A stretch of 63,663 nucleotides of DNA, filler included, from Globobulimina sp. (Eukaryota): NCBI GenBank assembly GCA_003354225.1. It is 34 parts of 34 records of this genome, joined end to end, with 100 filler letters (N's around TTAATTAATTAA, not from the genome) between each part and the next. Parts side by side here need not be neighbours in the genome. Positions count along the whole stretch, not along the records: positions 20,641 to 22,416 come from PIVH01012078.1; positions 22,517 to 24,292 come from PIVH01012079.1; positions 24,393 to 26,168 come from PIVH01012080.1; positions 26,269 to 28,044 come from PIVH01012081.1; positions 28,145 to 29,920 come from PIVH01012082.1; positions 30,021 to 31,796 come from PIVH01012083.1; positions 31,897 to 33,671 come from PIVH01012084.1; positions 33,772 to 35,546 come from PIVH01012085.1; 26 more parts are not named here. The stretch is one strand, 5' to 3'. The translations under genes and the position numbers were made by a program. The notes under the pieces were generated by a model. The model did no database searches. It had not been told where the DNA came from and was given only the letters and a program-made list of their open reading frames with translations. Of the stretch, positions 21,977 through 33,877 are shown in pieces (position 1 is the first letter of the stretch; each line of letters begins with the position of its first letter).

Positions 21977-22416
21977 TTATCGTTCAGAGGATAATAATTG
22001 CAATAAACACAAGAATAGATTCACGATATCAAGATATAAATTTATCGCAGCAAGTATCCAATCCCCGTCAGAGTAAACATTGCTTTTTCTTAACATCCAC
22101 CATGTGTCAAATATAATAAACAAACAAAATACAATTGCTCCAAATAACGAATATAACCAAATCATCTGGAATCCAAATATAATGTTTATGATTCCCCAAA
22201 TAATTAATATCCACAAACATGCAAATAATCCGACTCCCAAAAAACTAAAATCCCATTTACTTTGCATTGTAAATACAGTTAATGAGATAAATAAAATAAT
22301 GGTCAATACAAATGCTTGGATCACAACACTTTCATATCTTGCGGCCACATAAAAACCGCAAACCACGCCAATAGTATATGCCTCCACCAATGTCCATATC
22401 AATAAACATATCAAAT
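21977..22416 (-). CDS. Bax inhibitor-1 / Lifeguard (TMBIM) family protein, 5' partial
   Basis: QSKWDFSFLG, FIIFDT, AAINLYLDIVNLFLCLL. Confidence 0.92.
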
Positions 22417-22588
22417 NNNNNNNNNNNNNNNNNNNNNNNNNNNNNNNNNNNNNNNNNNNNTTAATTAATTAANNNNNNNNNNNNNNNNNNNNNNNNNNNN
22501 NNNNNNNNNNNNNNNNTGGTTTTCTGGAGTAAAATGCTTTAACATTTGTATTTTATTTCTTTGATATTGTTACATTTTGATTTTAATA

Positions 22589-22895
22589 TTTGTGCGTCGA
22601 TCGATTGTAACTACGGTAACTCTGAGCGTTTTCTGCACCGACGATGCGTCAAGTTCCGTTGCGTAAATTTAAATTGCGCCGGCTGATTTTTTTAATTCGT
22701 AGAGCGCTAATCATCATATGAGATCACTCGAGACAAGTTGAAGATTTAAAAACAATTAAAATGAAATTTCTAACGGAATTATATGGTTTGTATCTCTTTT
22801 AATTAACTGTATTATTATATTTTAAAGTTTGTGCGTCGATTGTAACTACTGTAACTTTGGGCGTTGTTTTATTCTGCGCCAATGCGTCAAATTCC
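22589..22895. repeat. Diverged direct repeat of about 68 bp (22589-22657 and 22828-22895)
   Basis: TTTGTGCGTCGAT..TGTAACTAC.GTAACT..G.GCGTT...ATGCGTCAA.TTCC in both copies. Confidence 0.85.
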
Positions 22896-24392
22896 TTAAA
22901 TATACAAATAAACTTTTTGATCGATTTTCGATCGGCCGTTTTGACTTTTAATAATATAAAAGCAATTTTTATCGAACAAAATGATTTAAAATAAAAGGGA
23001 ATATTTAATGTAATGGCCAAATTAATTTTATTTATTAAAAGAGGAGTGAAGAAAGGAAAATCGAGGCTGCGGTAAGATTTATAAATCTTTTATTTTTTTG
23101 AGCAGTTTGCTGGTGTTATTTTTAATTTCCAGGAATAATGGCATACATCTATCGTCGGATGGGTGGTTGGCCGCATTAGGAAAGAATGTCACAAATAGAA
23201 GCGAAGCTATGGATACATTAATGCACAAACAAATTTCCAACTGGTCAAACCAAATTATTATTATATTTATTTTTCATCTCATCAAATTCAAGTGACGAAA
23301 GTTGAAAGAATTGGGTAATCTATTTTAGTTTAAATCAATTTTTTAAACAATAAAAACAACTTATTATTAGCTCAGAATAGCTTAATAATTGATCTTTGAC
23401 TTATTATTTTCTTCTGAATATGGTACTGCTAACATAACAAAGCCAGTTTTTCACTAAATTCGGTCAAGAAAAAGTGACAGAAAGAACCACATTTTTGAGC
23501 TAATAATATGAATGTATTATTATTTATTATTGGTATCAGACATAGGTGGATGACTGGGTTTGAGGGCCCCGACTTTGCTGCTCCCATCCATGTGTAGGCT
23601 GGGAAAATTAATCTTTTTAGTTCCCTAAAAAAGGATACCTACTAAAATTGACATCAGTGCCGCGAAAATGTCACTAAATCAGCTCTGGGGGAGTCTTTTG
23701 GAGGTTTTCGGTCCAGGGGGGTGTTTGCCAATTTTTCTCTATATGGGTAAAATGCCCCATAAACCCCTCCGAATGCAGGTTAAGTGTGGCATGTAGTAAG
23801 GTACTAGTAGTCCAGCCAGGGCCATTATGATATATATGGTACCACCGTTTGAGAGTGAATTTGAAAAGGTACCCTTTTGTCAATGGTTAAATTTTTTCGT
23901 TATTGTTGAAGTGGTTGGTCGACCATGTTGGGGGGCCTCCCTCCCCCAATGGGGGGGAATCGATTGCCCTGGGGAATTGTCGTAAAAATGTTATGGGGCT
24001 CTATTTTTGGCCGAATAATTGCCAAAATGGCTCAAACTTTTCTGGCACGCTGGAAAAAATCGACAATTTTGACAATTCGAAATTTTCTCACACATTCATA
24101 TCCTTTTCAACAGAAAATTTGCATAGCCCATACATGGGCGAGGGGGGTCCCACCAGTGCCGAAATCCAATCCCCCGATCCGCAAAAGTGGGGGGAGGTGG
24201 TTAACATTTTATCCCCTTCTGGCAGACGTGCGCACCATTTTCGGCTTGGGGAGGGCCGATTTTCAAAATTCTAGGGAGGTGCTGGCAGGCTTNNNNNNNN
24301 NNNNNNNNNNNNNNNNNNNNNNNNNNNNNNNNNNNNTTAATTAATTAANNNNNNNNNNNNNNNNNNNNNNNNNNNNNNNNNNNNNNNNNNNN

Positions 24393-25062
24393 ATCTGTTT
24401 TATTTTGATATCTTGCAAACTATCCACTTTTTTAGGTCTTGTTATTGCTTCACATGAATATCCATGGCCACATTCACCAATATAATTGCATCCAAATGTA
24501 TATATATTGCCATTGGAACATAATAAAATTGAATAAGCATAAACACCGCAACAAATATCAATGACAGAAATCTTGAATGGAATTACTGTTGGTTTAATAT
24601 GTGGATTCTTGTCTTTTGTATCTAATCCTAATTGTCCTCTATCATTACGTCCGAATGATAAAATATTACCATTTGAATCTAAACAAAGAGAATGTTGAGA
24701 ACCACTGGCAATTTTTGCAATATTTGTAAGTTTATGCGTTTGTTTTGTAAACCATCCGTCTTTGACTGTCCATTGGATACAATTCCATCTTTTTGCTCCA
24801 TTCGCGATTCCTTGTAATGATTTGATATTGGATGCTTTCATGATTTTATCTTCTTTCTTTTCTTGAATACACGATCCATACTCATTATCTCAGCAGAATA
24901 AAATCTATTGTTTGAATCTTGATAAATACTGAATCCCCATCCATTATAAATCTGTGAAATTCGTAGGTTCTGGGTCCAATTTGGTGCACTTAATTGTTTT
25001 ACATCTTTTGTATCGCCATCACCAAACTCACCATCAGCATTACTACCAATGAAATAAAGCAT
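24393..25062 (-). pseudogene. RCC1-repeat protein with a frameshift near 24890, 3' partial
   Basis: GSNADGEFG, IASGSQHSLCL...FGRNDRGQLG; one missing base at YSA(G)DNEYG. Confidence 0.8.
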
Positions 25063-25478
25063 GTTGTTGAATACGATTGGTTGCGAGAGGCACTATATGG
25101 TTTATGAAAGCCGTTGGAGAACTGTGGGAAAGAATTATTTAAAACAATTGAGTATGTCTAACTAAGCTCTAACAAACTTTTTTAATTTTAGACTTCAACA
25201 ATCACAAAGTTATTTGTACTAAAATAAACAACAACAAACAAAGATGATTAAAATGTTAATAAACAAAGTTTTTGTAATATTTTTTGAGTAACTTTCGAAC
25301 ACCTTCTAGTGGAGAACAACAATAGCAATTATGATTATTTTCACAACAAAACAGATGATATACACACTTAAAACAATAAAATATTTAAAAACTAAAACAA
25401 TTGGAAGAGGTAAATGGTCGTCAAATAAACAGTGCTAAACTCCTAGTAAAGCAACTACGTTACACTGCGTTTGCTTTT

Positions 25479-26050
25479 TTACCCAGGAGGATAGTTATTA
25501 ATAACATATTTGATATGATTAAACATTTCAAGTTGCATAGTTTTTATTTGTTTATATAAAACAGGCTGATATGCAGCGCGGATATTTTTCAGATTGACAG
25601 CGAGCAAATTGCCCTGAACATATTCTTGGCCAAATATAGCATATCCATGATCTCCTTTTAATGCTGCTTTCATCATAAACATTTCAGGATATACTCTCAA
25701 TAACTTTGGCCTGCCTCGAACATCGAACCCATATTTCTTGTCAACGTGGCAAAATAACTCGTTCCCCTCCCATTAAAAACAAATCATAACCGAGTGATTC
25801 CAAATATTTAGCCATATCTCCTTGACTCCAATGAGTAGAATGCCTTCCATCCGCCCAAGTGCCTTCCATCCGGACACAACATTTACTTCAAATCCTTCAA
25901 CATCAATCAATACATAATCCACAATCCGATTATGGTGTTCATAGTGTAATATATGGTCAAATGTAGTGGTTTGTACCATACCTCGAGCTCTGAATTTCGT
26001 CTTGTTTGCACGTTTAATTTTAACGTCATGGAGACCGCCACCACCACCTA
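25479..26050 (-). pseudogene. FkbM-family methyltransferase C-terminal remnant, frameshifted
   Basis: TTFDHIL...DYVLIDVEGFEVNVV, then YLESLGYDLFLMG in another frame. Confidence 0.6.
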
Positions 26051-26340
26051 AGTCACTGTAAACAGGTACAGTAGTGTTCCCGATAAGAGGTACGCATATT
26101 AGTACTAATATATATATTAGTTGTACTAATATATTTATAGAATGGAGCACATGTCACGCATTTTTTTANNNNNNNNNNNNNNNNNNNNNNNNNNNNNNNN
26201 NNNNNNNNNNNNTTAATTAATTAANNNNNNNNNNNNNNNNNNNNNNNNNNNNNNNNNNNNNNNNNNNNAAAACCGTAATTTACGAATAACTAATCATTGC
26301 TGTCGTTCTGAAATCGCAATAGAAATAGTCTCAATAAGTC

Positions 26341-26674
26341 ATGCCTAAAGTTCAAGGGCCAGATCTCAAAAAATACATGGACCAAAGAATGAGAGGTAAT
26401 GATATTTCATTCATTGCAATGTGTCTTTTCTGTAAAAATAATCCTTGCACTGAATTACAATAACTTGTTATAATAAACCCATGCATGCACAGTGCTGTTA
26501 AATGGCAAACGTGAAGTAACGGGAGTATTGAGAGGATTTGATCAGTTTATGAATTTGGTATTGGATGATACGCAGGAAATTGTGAGCAAGAAAGACAAAA
26601 ATGACATTGGAGTGGTTGTAATCAGAGGAAATTCAATCATTCAAATGGAATTGCTGGAAATTAGTACACTTTAA
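26341..26674 (+). CDS. SNRPG: Small nuclear ribonucleoprotein G (SmG); intron 26396-26492
   Basis: Spliced product [44 protein letters not shown]...VVIRGNSI. Confidence 0.95.
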
Positions 26675-27345
26675 TCAGTATCGATCCAAATTTAAAATAA
26701 TCAATGTTTAAAAATTACTTATTTAACTGTATTCAACTGAAGATTGTTTGTTTTCAACTGGAGAGCCTTTGGAGCACAGTCGTTTGCCGAAATCCGTATT
26801 CATAAATAGTTTTACAATCAAATATTTAATTATATAGATTGCATTTTTCTATGTAACACCACGTGTGTAACACCAAGTTATTTTTCCTGATTTATTTGCT
26901 GTAAATTAAAATAAAAATGATTCATTGGATCGTATTATATTTCATGACATTTGTTTGGTCAGAAAGTAGAGATTGCTTTCAAAATCATTGTTATTTTATT
27001 CCTACTTCCTGCACAAACAGATATATTGATTGGATTGTATTGGATTTATTAGATCCACTGCAAAGATAAATACATCAATTTTATTTTAATAAACAGCAAA
27101 CGAAAGAATCAGGAAATATAACTTATCAGTCATAGACACTGCTGCCCGTGTCATGTAAATTGCTCTTCAATCACTATGTAAATAGACTACAAATAAGATC
27201 TCCATTTGCTTCGTCAGCAAAACATTTTAAACATCTTTAAGTGCTTCAAAAAAACATCTGACTTAGGCAGTGACAACTAACAACATAACACATTTGTTTG
27301 GGGTGTTGCGCAGCACTGAGACTCAAGAAGTACATTTCGCAGAGA

Positions 27346-28044
27346 TGAATATTTATCAAACAATGAGTGTTGTATGTGCCATATTGGCGGTACCATTAGA
27401 TTTGTTTTTTATGTATTATTTGCATCGAATTGCAGTGTGTATTCCCTCCCCAAATCAAGATGAACCGACAGAAAAAAGGTCACCGTTACAATATACAATT
27501 AATACAAATAACAACTGCTGTGATAGATTCATTACATTATCATATCCATCTTATTTTTTTAAGCCAGCCACAGATACGGAATTGTCTCCAATTGGCACTG
27601 TAGGCACTGTACTGTCTGTACAAACCAATCAATATAACATATCAAAATCGCGATGTAGTGTTTTAAATTGCAGAGCAGAAACATTTTTAAAGATTTTCAA
27701 TTGCTGGAATGTGATATGTGGTTTATTATTTATGGTATTACAAATTGCATTTATGATCAATTTGGTATTCCAATTCCTTGTCGCATGTGTCGGGGAATCA
27801 GCACTGGCGATAAAAGTCATTGGTATCGTTGTGGCATTATTTATAGGTTACATATTTTGGTATGTATTGAGACAATCATTCAACGCAACATTATTAGTGT
27901 GGCATAATGTGAGTAACGAATTCAATACAAACATTCAATACGTATGGACTTTCTGTCATATATTAATATGGTTTCTGTATTGCTCTGTTTGTCTCGCGGT
28001 GGAAAAGGATACTTTTGACAGAGCATTTTGGCCGACTTTATTGA
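27346..28044 (+). CDS. Hypothetical multi-pass membrane protein, 3' partial
   Basis: Long ORF with several hydrophobic segments. Confidence 0.55.
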
Positions 28045-28144
28045 NNNNNNNNNNNNNNNNNNNNNNNNNNNNNNNNNNNNNNNNNNNNTTAATTAATTAA
28101 NNNNNNNNNNNNNNNNNNNNNNNNNNNNNNNNNNNNNNNNNNNN

Positions 28145-29484
28145 ATCAAAATTGGAGAATATTGCAAAATAAAATGATAATAAATATATACAGATACTGT
28201 ACCTAAGACATTACAGTCCAATAATTGCTGTTTCAATGAGCTTTTGTTGTCGTATGCCTCCAATGCGTAAACAGCGGAGTATATGGCATCATAGGCATAG
28301 CCAACTATCGTCGATATGATCTCAAAATCCTCCAATGGATCTTCTTTTATTTTTCTTTTAAGTTTGGCCGTAACATTTTTGTATATCCCGTTTGACACAT
28401 TGTATATTGTCATGTTTGCATCATAAATATTACTCTCTTTATATGCTTTTCTTGTGAACATTGCCGGACTGCCTGGCATTGTACCGACAAATCCAACAGT
28501 CACATTTGCAATATTGCTGCTAATTATTTCTCCCGCATCGAACCAGGCATCAATCCCAATAAAAAAGTATGGATAGCTAAAATTCTGCAGAGTAAAAAAA
28601 TTATATACATCTGAACCCTGAGCAATTAAAATTGTCACATAAAGTTTTTCGTTTTTAATATGATTTGCTGCCGCTTGAATTGAATCTGTGTCATTAAAAA
28701 AGAATGATTTTGAATGAACATGAATGCAGTCGATACATTCTTTACCCTCTTTGTGCAGTAAATTATATTCATCTGCTTCTTCTTGAATAACTTTATAAAA
28801 ATTCTGTCCGTAATTGTCTGTGTATATATATATAAAATATAGAGAGTTATGTCATGTGCATAGTGCATACCATTTTGGTATACCACCCCAATTTTTTGCC
28901 ATCCGAATCTGATGCAAAGCTCTATCAATGCCTTTCCCTGCACGTTGTCGTTAGCGATCGTTCTGTAAAAGGATGAATAGTTATCTTTCTCTGAGAGAGC
29001 GGGTGATGTCGAGGATGCAGATATTTGTAATAAGTGATAGATGTTGAACACTCTCGATGTTAATACGGAGAATGACGACCATGGAGCACCTTTAATTGTT
29101 GTTATTTGAATGTATTATATATTTGAAAAATGTTCTTGTCTGTTATTTGAATGATTCTTCATAGTTCATACCCATCACAATCGGTGCAATCAATGAAGAA
29201 TTCTGTTTGCGTGAACAATCATCATATAATTGGGATATATTTATTGCATTCTCCAATGCTGTCTCACTGTCACCCAAAGAATCAAGTACTTCCAGTGTAA
29301 GGTGATAATCTCTTAGAATGTGAGGATTTGCATTTATTTCATCAATTGCAATCTGTTGAACAAATTCACTGGTTTTCCTTGTTGAATTATCAGCTGATGC
29401 GGTGATTTTATATATAGTCATATTTGTTTTAGAACACTTGGCCAATGTTACAAATAGCAATAACAATAAAACTGTCATTGCCAT
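28145..29484 (-). CDS. ANF / class C GPCR (GABA-B-like) Venus-flytrap ectodomain, 3' partial; introns 29090-29171 and 28818-28870
   Basis: Signal peptide; AIDEINANPHILRDYHL; QISASSTSPALSEKDNYSSFYRT; FGWQKIG; YAYDAIYS. Confidence 0.9.
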
Positions 29485-29528
29485 TATTAAAGTTAATTGT
29501 CTTTTAATCTCACTCAATTTCAACAACC

Positions 29529-29920
29529 ATGGCAGAGCAAGGTGGTCAAGCCCAACCAGCAGGGCAACAACAAGGATGGTATGCAATATGCATACACCAA
29601 CACAATAAAAAAAACACATAAAAACACATGACATGTACTGTACAGGATGTCCACTCTATTAAAATGGGCAATGATGTACTTTGCCATAAACATGTTTATG
29701 AGCAAATGGCGGGGCAATCCACCTCCAAAAGTACAAACAGACAATGAAGGCAATCCCATACCAATCCCAATCGGGCAACAGCCACATTCTCCGCTATGGA
29801 AATCCAATGTTCATTATAACATAAGGTACAACACCTATACGCACATAATAATACATATACACACATTTCTATCCTTGCACTCAGGATTTATTTATCGGAA
29901 CAACCTGATTTAGACTCCGT
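29529..29920 (+). CDS. CLPTM1-family protein N-terminus; introns 29579-29645 and 29826-29884
   Basis: Spliced MAEQGGQAQPAGQQQGWMSTLLKWAMMYFAINMF...HSPLWKSNVHYNIRIYLSEQ. Confidence 0.7.
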
Positions 29921-30021
29921 NNNNNNNNNNNNNNNNNNNNNNNNNNNNNNNNNNNNNNNNNNNNTTAATTAATTAANNNNNNNNNNNNNNNNNNNNNNNN
30001 NNNNNNNNNNNNNNNNNNNNA

Positions 30022-30585
30022 GCAAATGATAATTCATTATTTAATCTATTTAATTATTATTGGAGTTTACAATGTTTTAAGACTTTACCAATTCACATAA
30101 TCACTGATAAACGATATGCAAAGTTTGGTAATTTTAATTTAAACGGCACTGCATTTAGTATTAATAAATTAGATATGAGCATCAATGAATTTTGTGATAT
30201 GCAAAATGATAAAATGTATAGGAAATATATTCAACCAAATACCAAAGATATTGATTTTGAACAGTTTAAATCTCTTAATTTAGTGTCACCATTCTTCGTT
30301 AAAGAAGAATCAAAAAATGATCAAGATTATAATGTTGCGCAGAGATTTTTATTTTTAGGAAAGATGTTGCAAACATTATGTGGTGATACTGATAGCTTGT
30401 ACTCATTTCATGCGAAAGTATTAAAAATTCGGGATTATTCATACTTGGCTCATCCACATTATCCAGGAGGACCAGGACAAGTTTGTGGTCATGGATATGC
30501 CGTATTGTTTAGAATTGGAGATGATGCAGAAAATAATGACATGTTTCTAGTTATGGCGTTTTGTGGCCAGGGCATTGGTCTGTAA
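30022..30585 (+). CDS. Hypothetical protein, C-terminal part
   Basis: Frame open from the contig start; no family recognised. Confidence 0.5.
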   Translation, partial: ANDNSLFNLFNYYWSLQCFKTLPIHIITDKRYAKFGNFNLNGTAFSINKLDMSINEFCDMQNDKMYRKYIQPNTKDIDFEQFKSLNLVSPFFVKEESKNDQDYNVAQRFLFLGKMLQTLCGDTDSLYSFHAKVLKIRDYSYLAHPHYPGGPGQVCGHGYAVLFRIGDDAENNDMFLVMAFCGQGIGL

Positions 30586-30774
30586 TGTTTTGATTAGTGG
30601 TTTTTTAGCTATAAAAAAACGAAAAACATTAGTTTTTCAAAGTCGATGCTGTAATTGTGTGCAAGGATAATGTGTGAAATTATTATGTAATTTTAATGGT
30701 AAATTATTAATGTCTACGAAAAAAGGAAAAGTTTATAAATCATGTAGTGTATATATTGTAGACTGTGATGTCGT

Positions 30775-31415
30775 TCACCTTTTGCAACAATAACATCCAA
30801 ACCGAACATTCTCATTCATAGATTTATTTTCTTTGTGAGCGCCCCATGTACTTCTTTTGCAAAAACCCCACCAAAAAATATATGCATATATACCCAATCC
30901 AAAATAAAGTGCCTGTACAAAAATAACAAATGCCCATAAGAGATTTTCTGAGGTTTCATCTTGCTCCTCGAATTTATCATATTTCCCTTGGCCATATTCT
31001 TCATTTAAATCCTCATCATCTGACTCATATGCTTTTAAATCACAAAGTTTTGGTAAATGTTCAATGTCAATATCACTCTCAGATTCATAATCTTGTGATA
31101 AAATTAATTCAAATATCGTTCCTGCTGCGTCTCTGTGTATTATTTGAAACAAAAAGCAGATACCCATCTGATATATATTTCAAATATAATTAAAACTAAC
31201 TTGTGATCCTCATAAACAGATAGTTGTTCCGGGCTAAGATACATTGTATCATCAACCATACAATGGACATAAAATGACGTTTCATCATCAACCATGCAAC
31301 GATATGTTCCTGCAGATAATGTGTTTTTTTTACATTCGTTTTTTAATCCATGTTTTTCTGGCACACTAAACACACAAATTGTAAGTAGATACAACAGTAT
31401 TGATGCAATAATCAT
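30775..31415 (-). CDS. Small type I membrane protein; intron 31133-31200
   Basis: Signal peptide, Cys-containing ectodomain, acidic stalk, one TM; a 68-nt GT-AG intron joins the two ORFs. Confidence 0.65.
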
Positions 31416-31517
31416 GTTGGTTACGATATATAGAGTGATTGATTGTGGCTATGCTTAGTATGGTGAGTTATTTTTAATTTAACTTAACTTTCTGTCTAAA
31501 AACCTCAAGTCACGAGA

Positions 31518-31796
31518 ATGAGAGCGTTACTAGTCTCATTTTTATTTGTCATTTCATCAGTGATTGGAAACGGCGCCGACTATTATTATGTCAATAAGCT
31601 GTTGTCGTGGTCAGATGCAAGAGCGTATTGCCAAGTTCAATGCGACAGTGATTTAGTAAGTATTGCAGATGCGACAGAATTCAGCAACATACGATTAAAC
31701 ATTCCATCTCGCACAAGTTCTACGTGGGTGTGGATTGGATTGCATTATGACGGATCTTCATTTGTGTGGTCTGATCAAACACCTTTCCATTATACT
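31518..31796 (+). CDS. Secreted C-type lectin domain protein, 3' partial
   Basis: Signal peptide; LSWSDARAYC...DLVSI...VWIGL...FVWSD. Confidence 0.9.
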
Positions 31797-32011
31797 NNNN
31801 NNNNNNNNNNNNNNNNNNNNNNNNNNNNNNNNNNNNNNNNTTAATTAATTAANNNNNNNNNNNNNNNNNNNNNNNNNNNNNNNNNNNNNNNNNNNNTCTT
31901 CCATTTTCAACTATTAATTTTTGTCTAGTTGTTATTTTACTTGTTTTTGGTATATTATGTGTCAGAGAAAGAGTTTGATGGTTTTTCAGTTGGAAGTTTT
32001 CAAATAATAGC

Positions 32012-32332
32012 TATTACTACTTTCGAAACGATGCAACTTTGTAAGTGTGGCTTTTTTTGATTCCTCAAAACTTTTAAATTCCTAAAAACAGTACTTTTTT
32101 CGATTTTTGGATTTCCGTGAAAAAAATAATTCCCATGATTCCATTAAAAACAATAATTCCGATGATTCCCTTGAAAAAAAGACGGAAAAAAGTTGAAAAG
32201 AATTATTGTTTTTAATGGAATCATGGAAATTATTGTTTTCACGGAAATCCAAAAATCGAAAAAAGTACTGTTTTTAGGTAATTAAAAGTTTTGAGGAATC
32301 AAAAAAAGCCACACGTTTCGAAAGTAGTAATA
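32012..32332. mobile_element. Foldback / MITE-like element with inverted arms of about 140 bp
   Basis: TATTACTACTTTCGAAACG... / ...CGTTTCGAAAGTAGTAATA; arms differ by a few substitutions and a ~15-nt indel. Confidence 0.85.
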
Positions 32333-32419
32333 CCCTCATCAAACAATGACAGATATATACTTGTATGGCATCTGCAGACTGCAGCTGTATTATGTTAAAT
32401 ATGCATAATTCCGAATTAA

Positions 32420-33151
32420 TTGCATAAAAATAAAATTGTGTTACGACTCCTGAGCATCATGATGTTATTACAGACTCCTTCCAAACTCCAATGGTTGCAA
32501 TTGAAATTAAAGTTAATTTTGCTACAAATTAGTTATTATGAATACAGGACACACATATCATTGAATGGAATTTCAATATGGATTATTGTTTTTGTATTCA
32601 CATTCGTTATACTATCCAGTTTCACATTTATTTTTAAGCCGTGGCCGTGGGTGAAGATTTATTTTGCATTTGCAGCAATGCAATGTTTTTTACTTTATAC
32701 CGATCGATGGATTACTCCGTTGATTCAAAACTTAAACAATTTCGATAGAGAAAAGATAAAAAGTTTGGTAACAAACTATCAAATTACTGCTACCAAATTA
32801 CATAAATATCAATCTGAAAAATATCAGAAATTATTGTTATTTTTGAGTGAAAATAGTCTGCCAAACGAGATTGATGAGTTGTTGTTAAATTTTGTAATCA
32901 AATCGAAAAAAACTGCAATATTGGAACTGGCACGTTTGAATCAAGCAAATATTCGAAAATTGCCATTGTTTTGGATTTATGATAAAATTTCGTTATTTGT
33001 TCTTACCATACAAGTGATATTTGTATCAATTATATTGTTGTTTGGATTGAATTTCATGATAGATTCATACATAAATTATTGTTCTGAATTCAGTTTTTTT
33101 GTGATAGTTGCCATATTTGACAGATTGTTGTTTTTTATGTATTTATACTAA
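32420..33151 (+). CDS. Hypothetical membrane protein (possibly a pseudogene)
   Basis: ORF with TM-like segments; poor continuation downstream. Confidence 0.4.
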   Translation: MHKNKIVLRLLSIMMLLQTPSKLQWLQLKLKLILLQISYYEYRTHISLNGISIWIIVFVFTFVILSSFTFIFKPWPWVKIYFAFAAMQCFLLYTDRWITPLIQNLNNFDREKIKSLVTNYQITATKLHKYQSEKYQKLLLFLSENSLPNEIDELLLNFVIKSKKTAILELARLNQANIRKLPLFWIYDKISLFVLTIQVIFVSIILLFGLNFMIDSYINYCSEFSFFVIVAIFDRLLFFMYLY

Positions 33152-33521
33152 TTGTCAATAATAATTACTAAAATCTACGCGAACTCGACCAAATTAAGCG
33201 AGGTGGAGTTTTCGGTGAAGTAAGTCACATTATCTTATTTTCATAGAGTCATAATGAATATTAAACATTGGGAAAAATATTTAACACCTTTAGATAAAAC
33301 AGAATTGAATGTTTATCCAGATTTCTTTATACATTTATTTATTACTATTTTCGAAACGGTTTGGTTTTTTTAAGGATATTGATCCGCTATTTTTTTGTGT
33401 TTTTACCTGTTTTGTTTCTGAATTTTTCTATCCATTGTATGTCTTGAATCCATTTGATTTCTTCATAATAACCAATACCAATACCAGTAATACAATATCC
33501 AATCTTTCAAACTTGTCTTGC

Positions 33522-33596
33522 TTTGTCACAGGATGCCATCATGACTGCATTGCTAGTGAGCTCAAAAATCTTAGTTCATTTTAAATGGATGCTTGA
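33522..33596. repeat. Dispersed repeat; inverted copy at 43147-43217
   Basis: GACTGCATT.CTAGTGAGCTCAAAAAT..TAGTTC.TTTTAAATGGATGCTTGA matches the reverse complement of 43147-43217. Confidence 0.85.
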
Positions 33597-33877
33597 TCAT
33601 GGTACAGCCAATTTGGGTATTTCTGATTGTGTTAATATTGGCATATAACATCTATACATCACATATTAAACNNNNNNNNNNNNNNNNNNNNNNNNNNNNN
33701 NNNNNNNNNNNNNNNTTAATTAATTAANNNNNNNNNNNNNNNNNNNNNNNNNNNNNNNNNNNNNNNNNNNNCACAGCATTCTCGTCAGATCTTTTAAGAG
33801 CAGGCGAGATATCTGGCAATGTATTTGATTTCTGTGATCACTTAGATCTGGCTCAAACAGGTCCAATTGGCGGAGTA

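Noticed and set aside
23674-24292. Short ORFs in the GC-shifted block
   Set aside because: No recognisable motifs, several overlapping frames open, and the sequence has repeat-like texture
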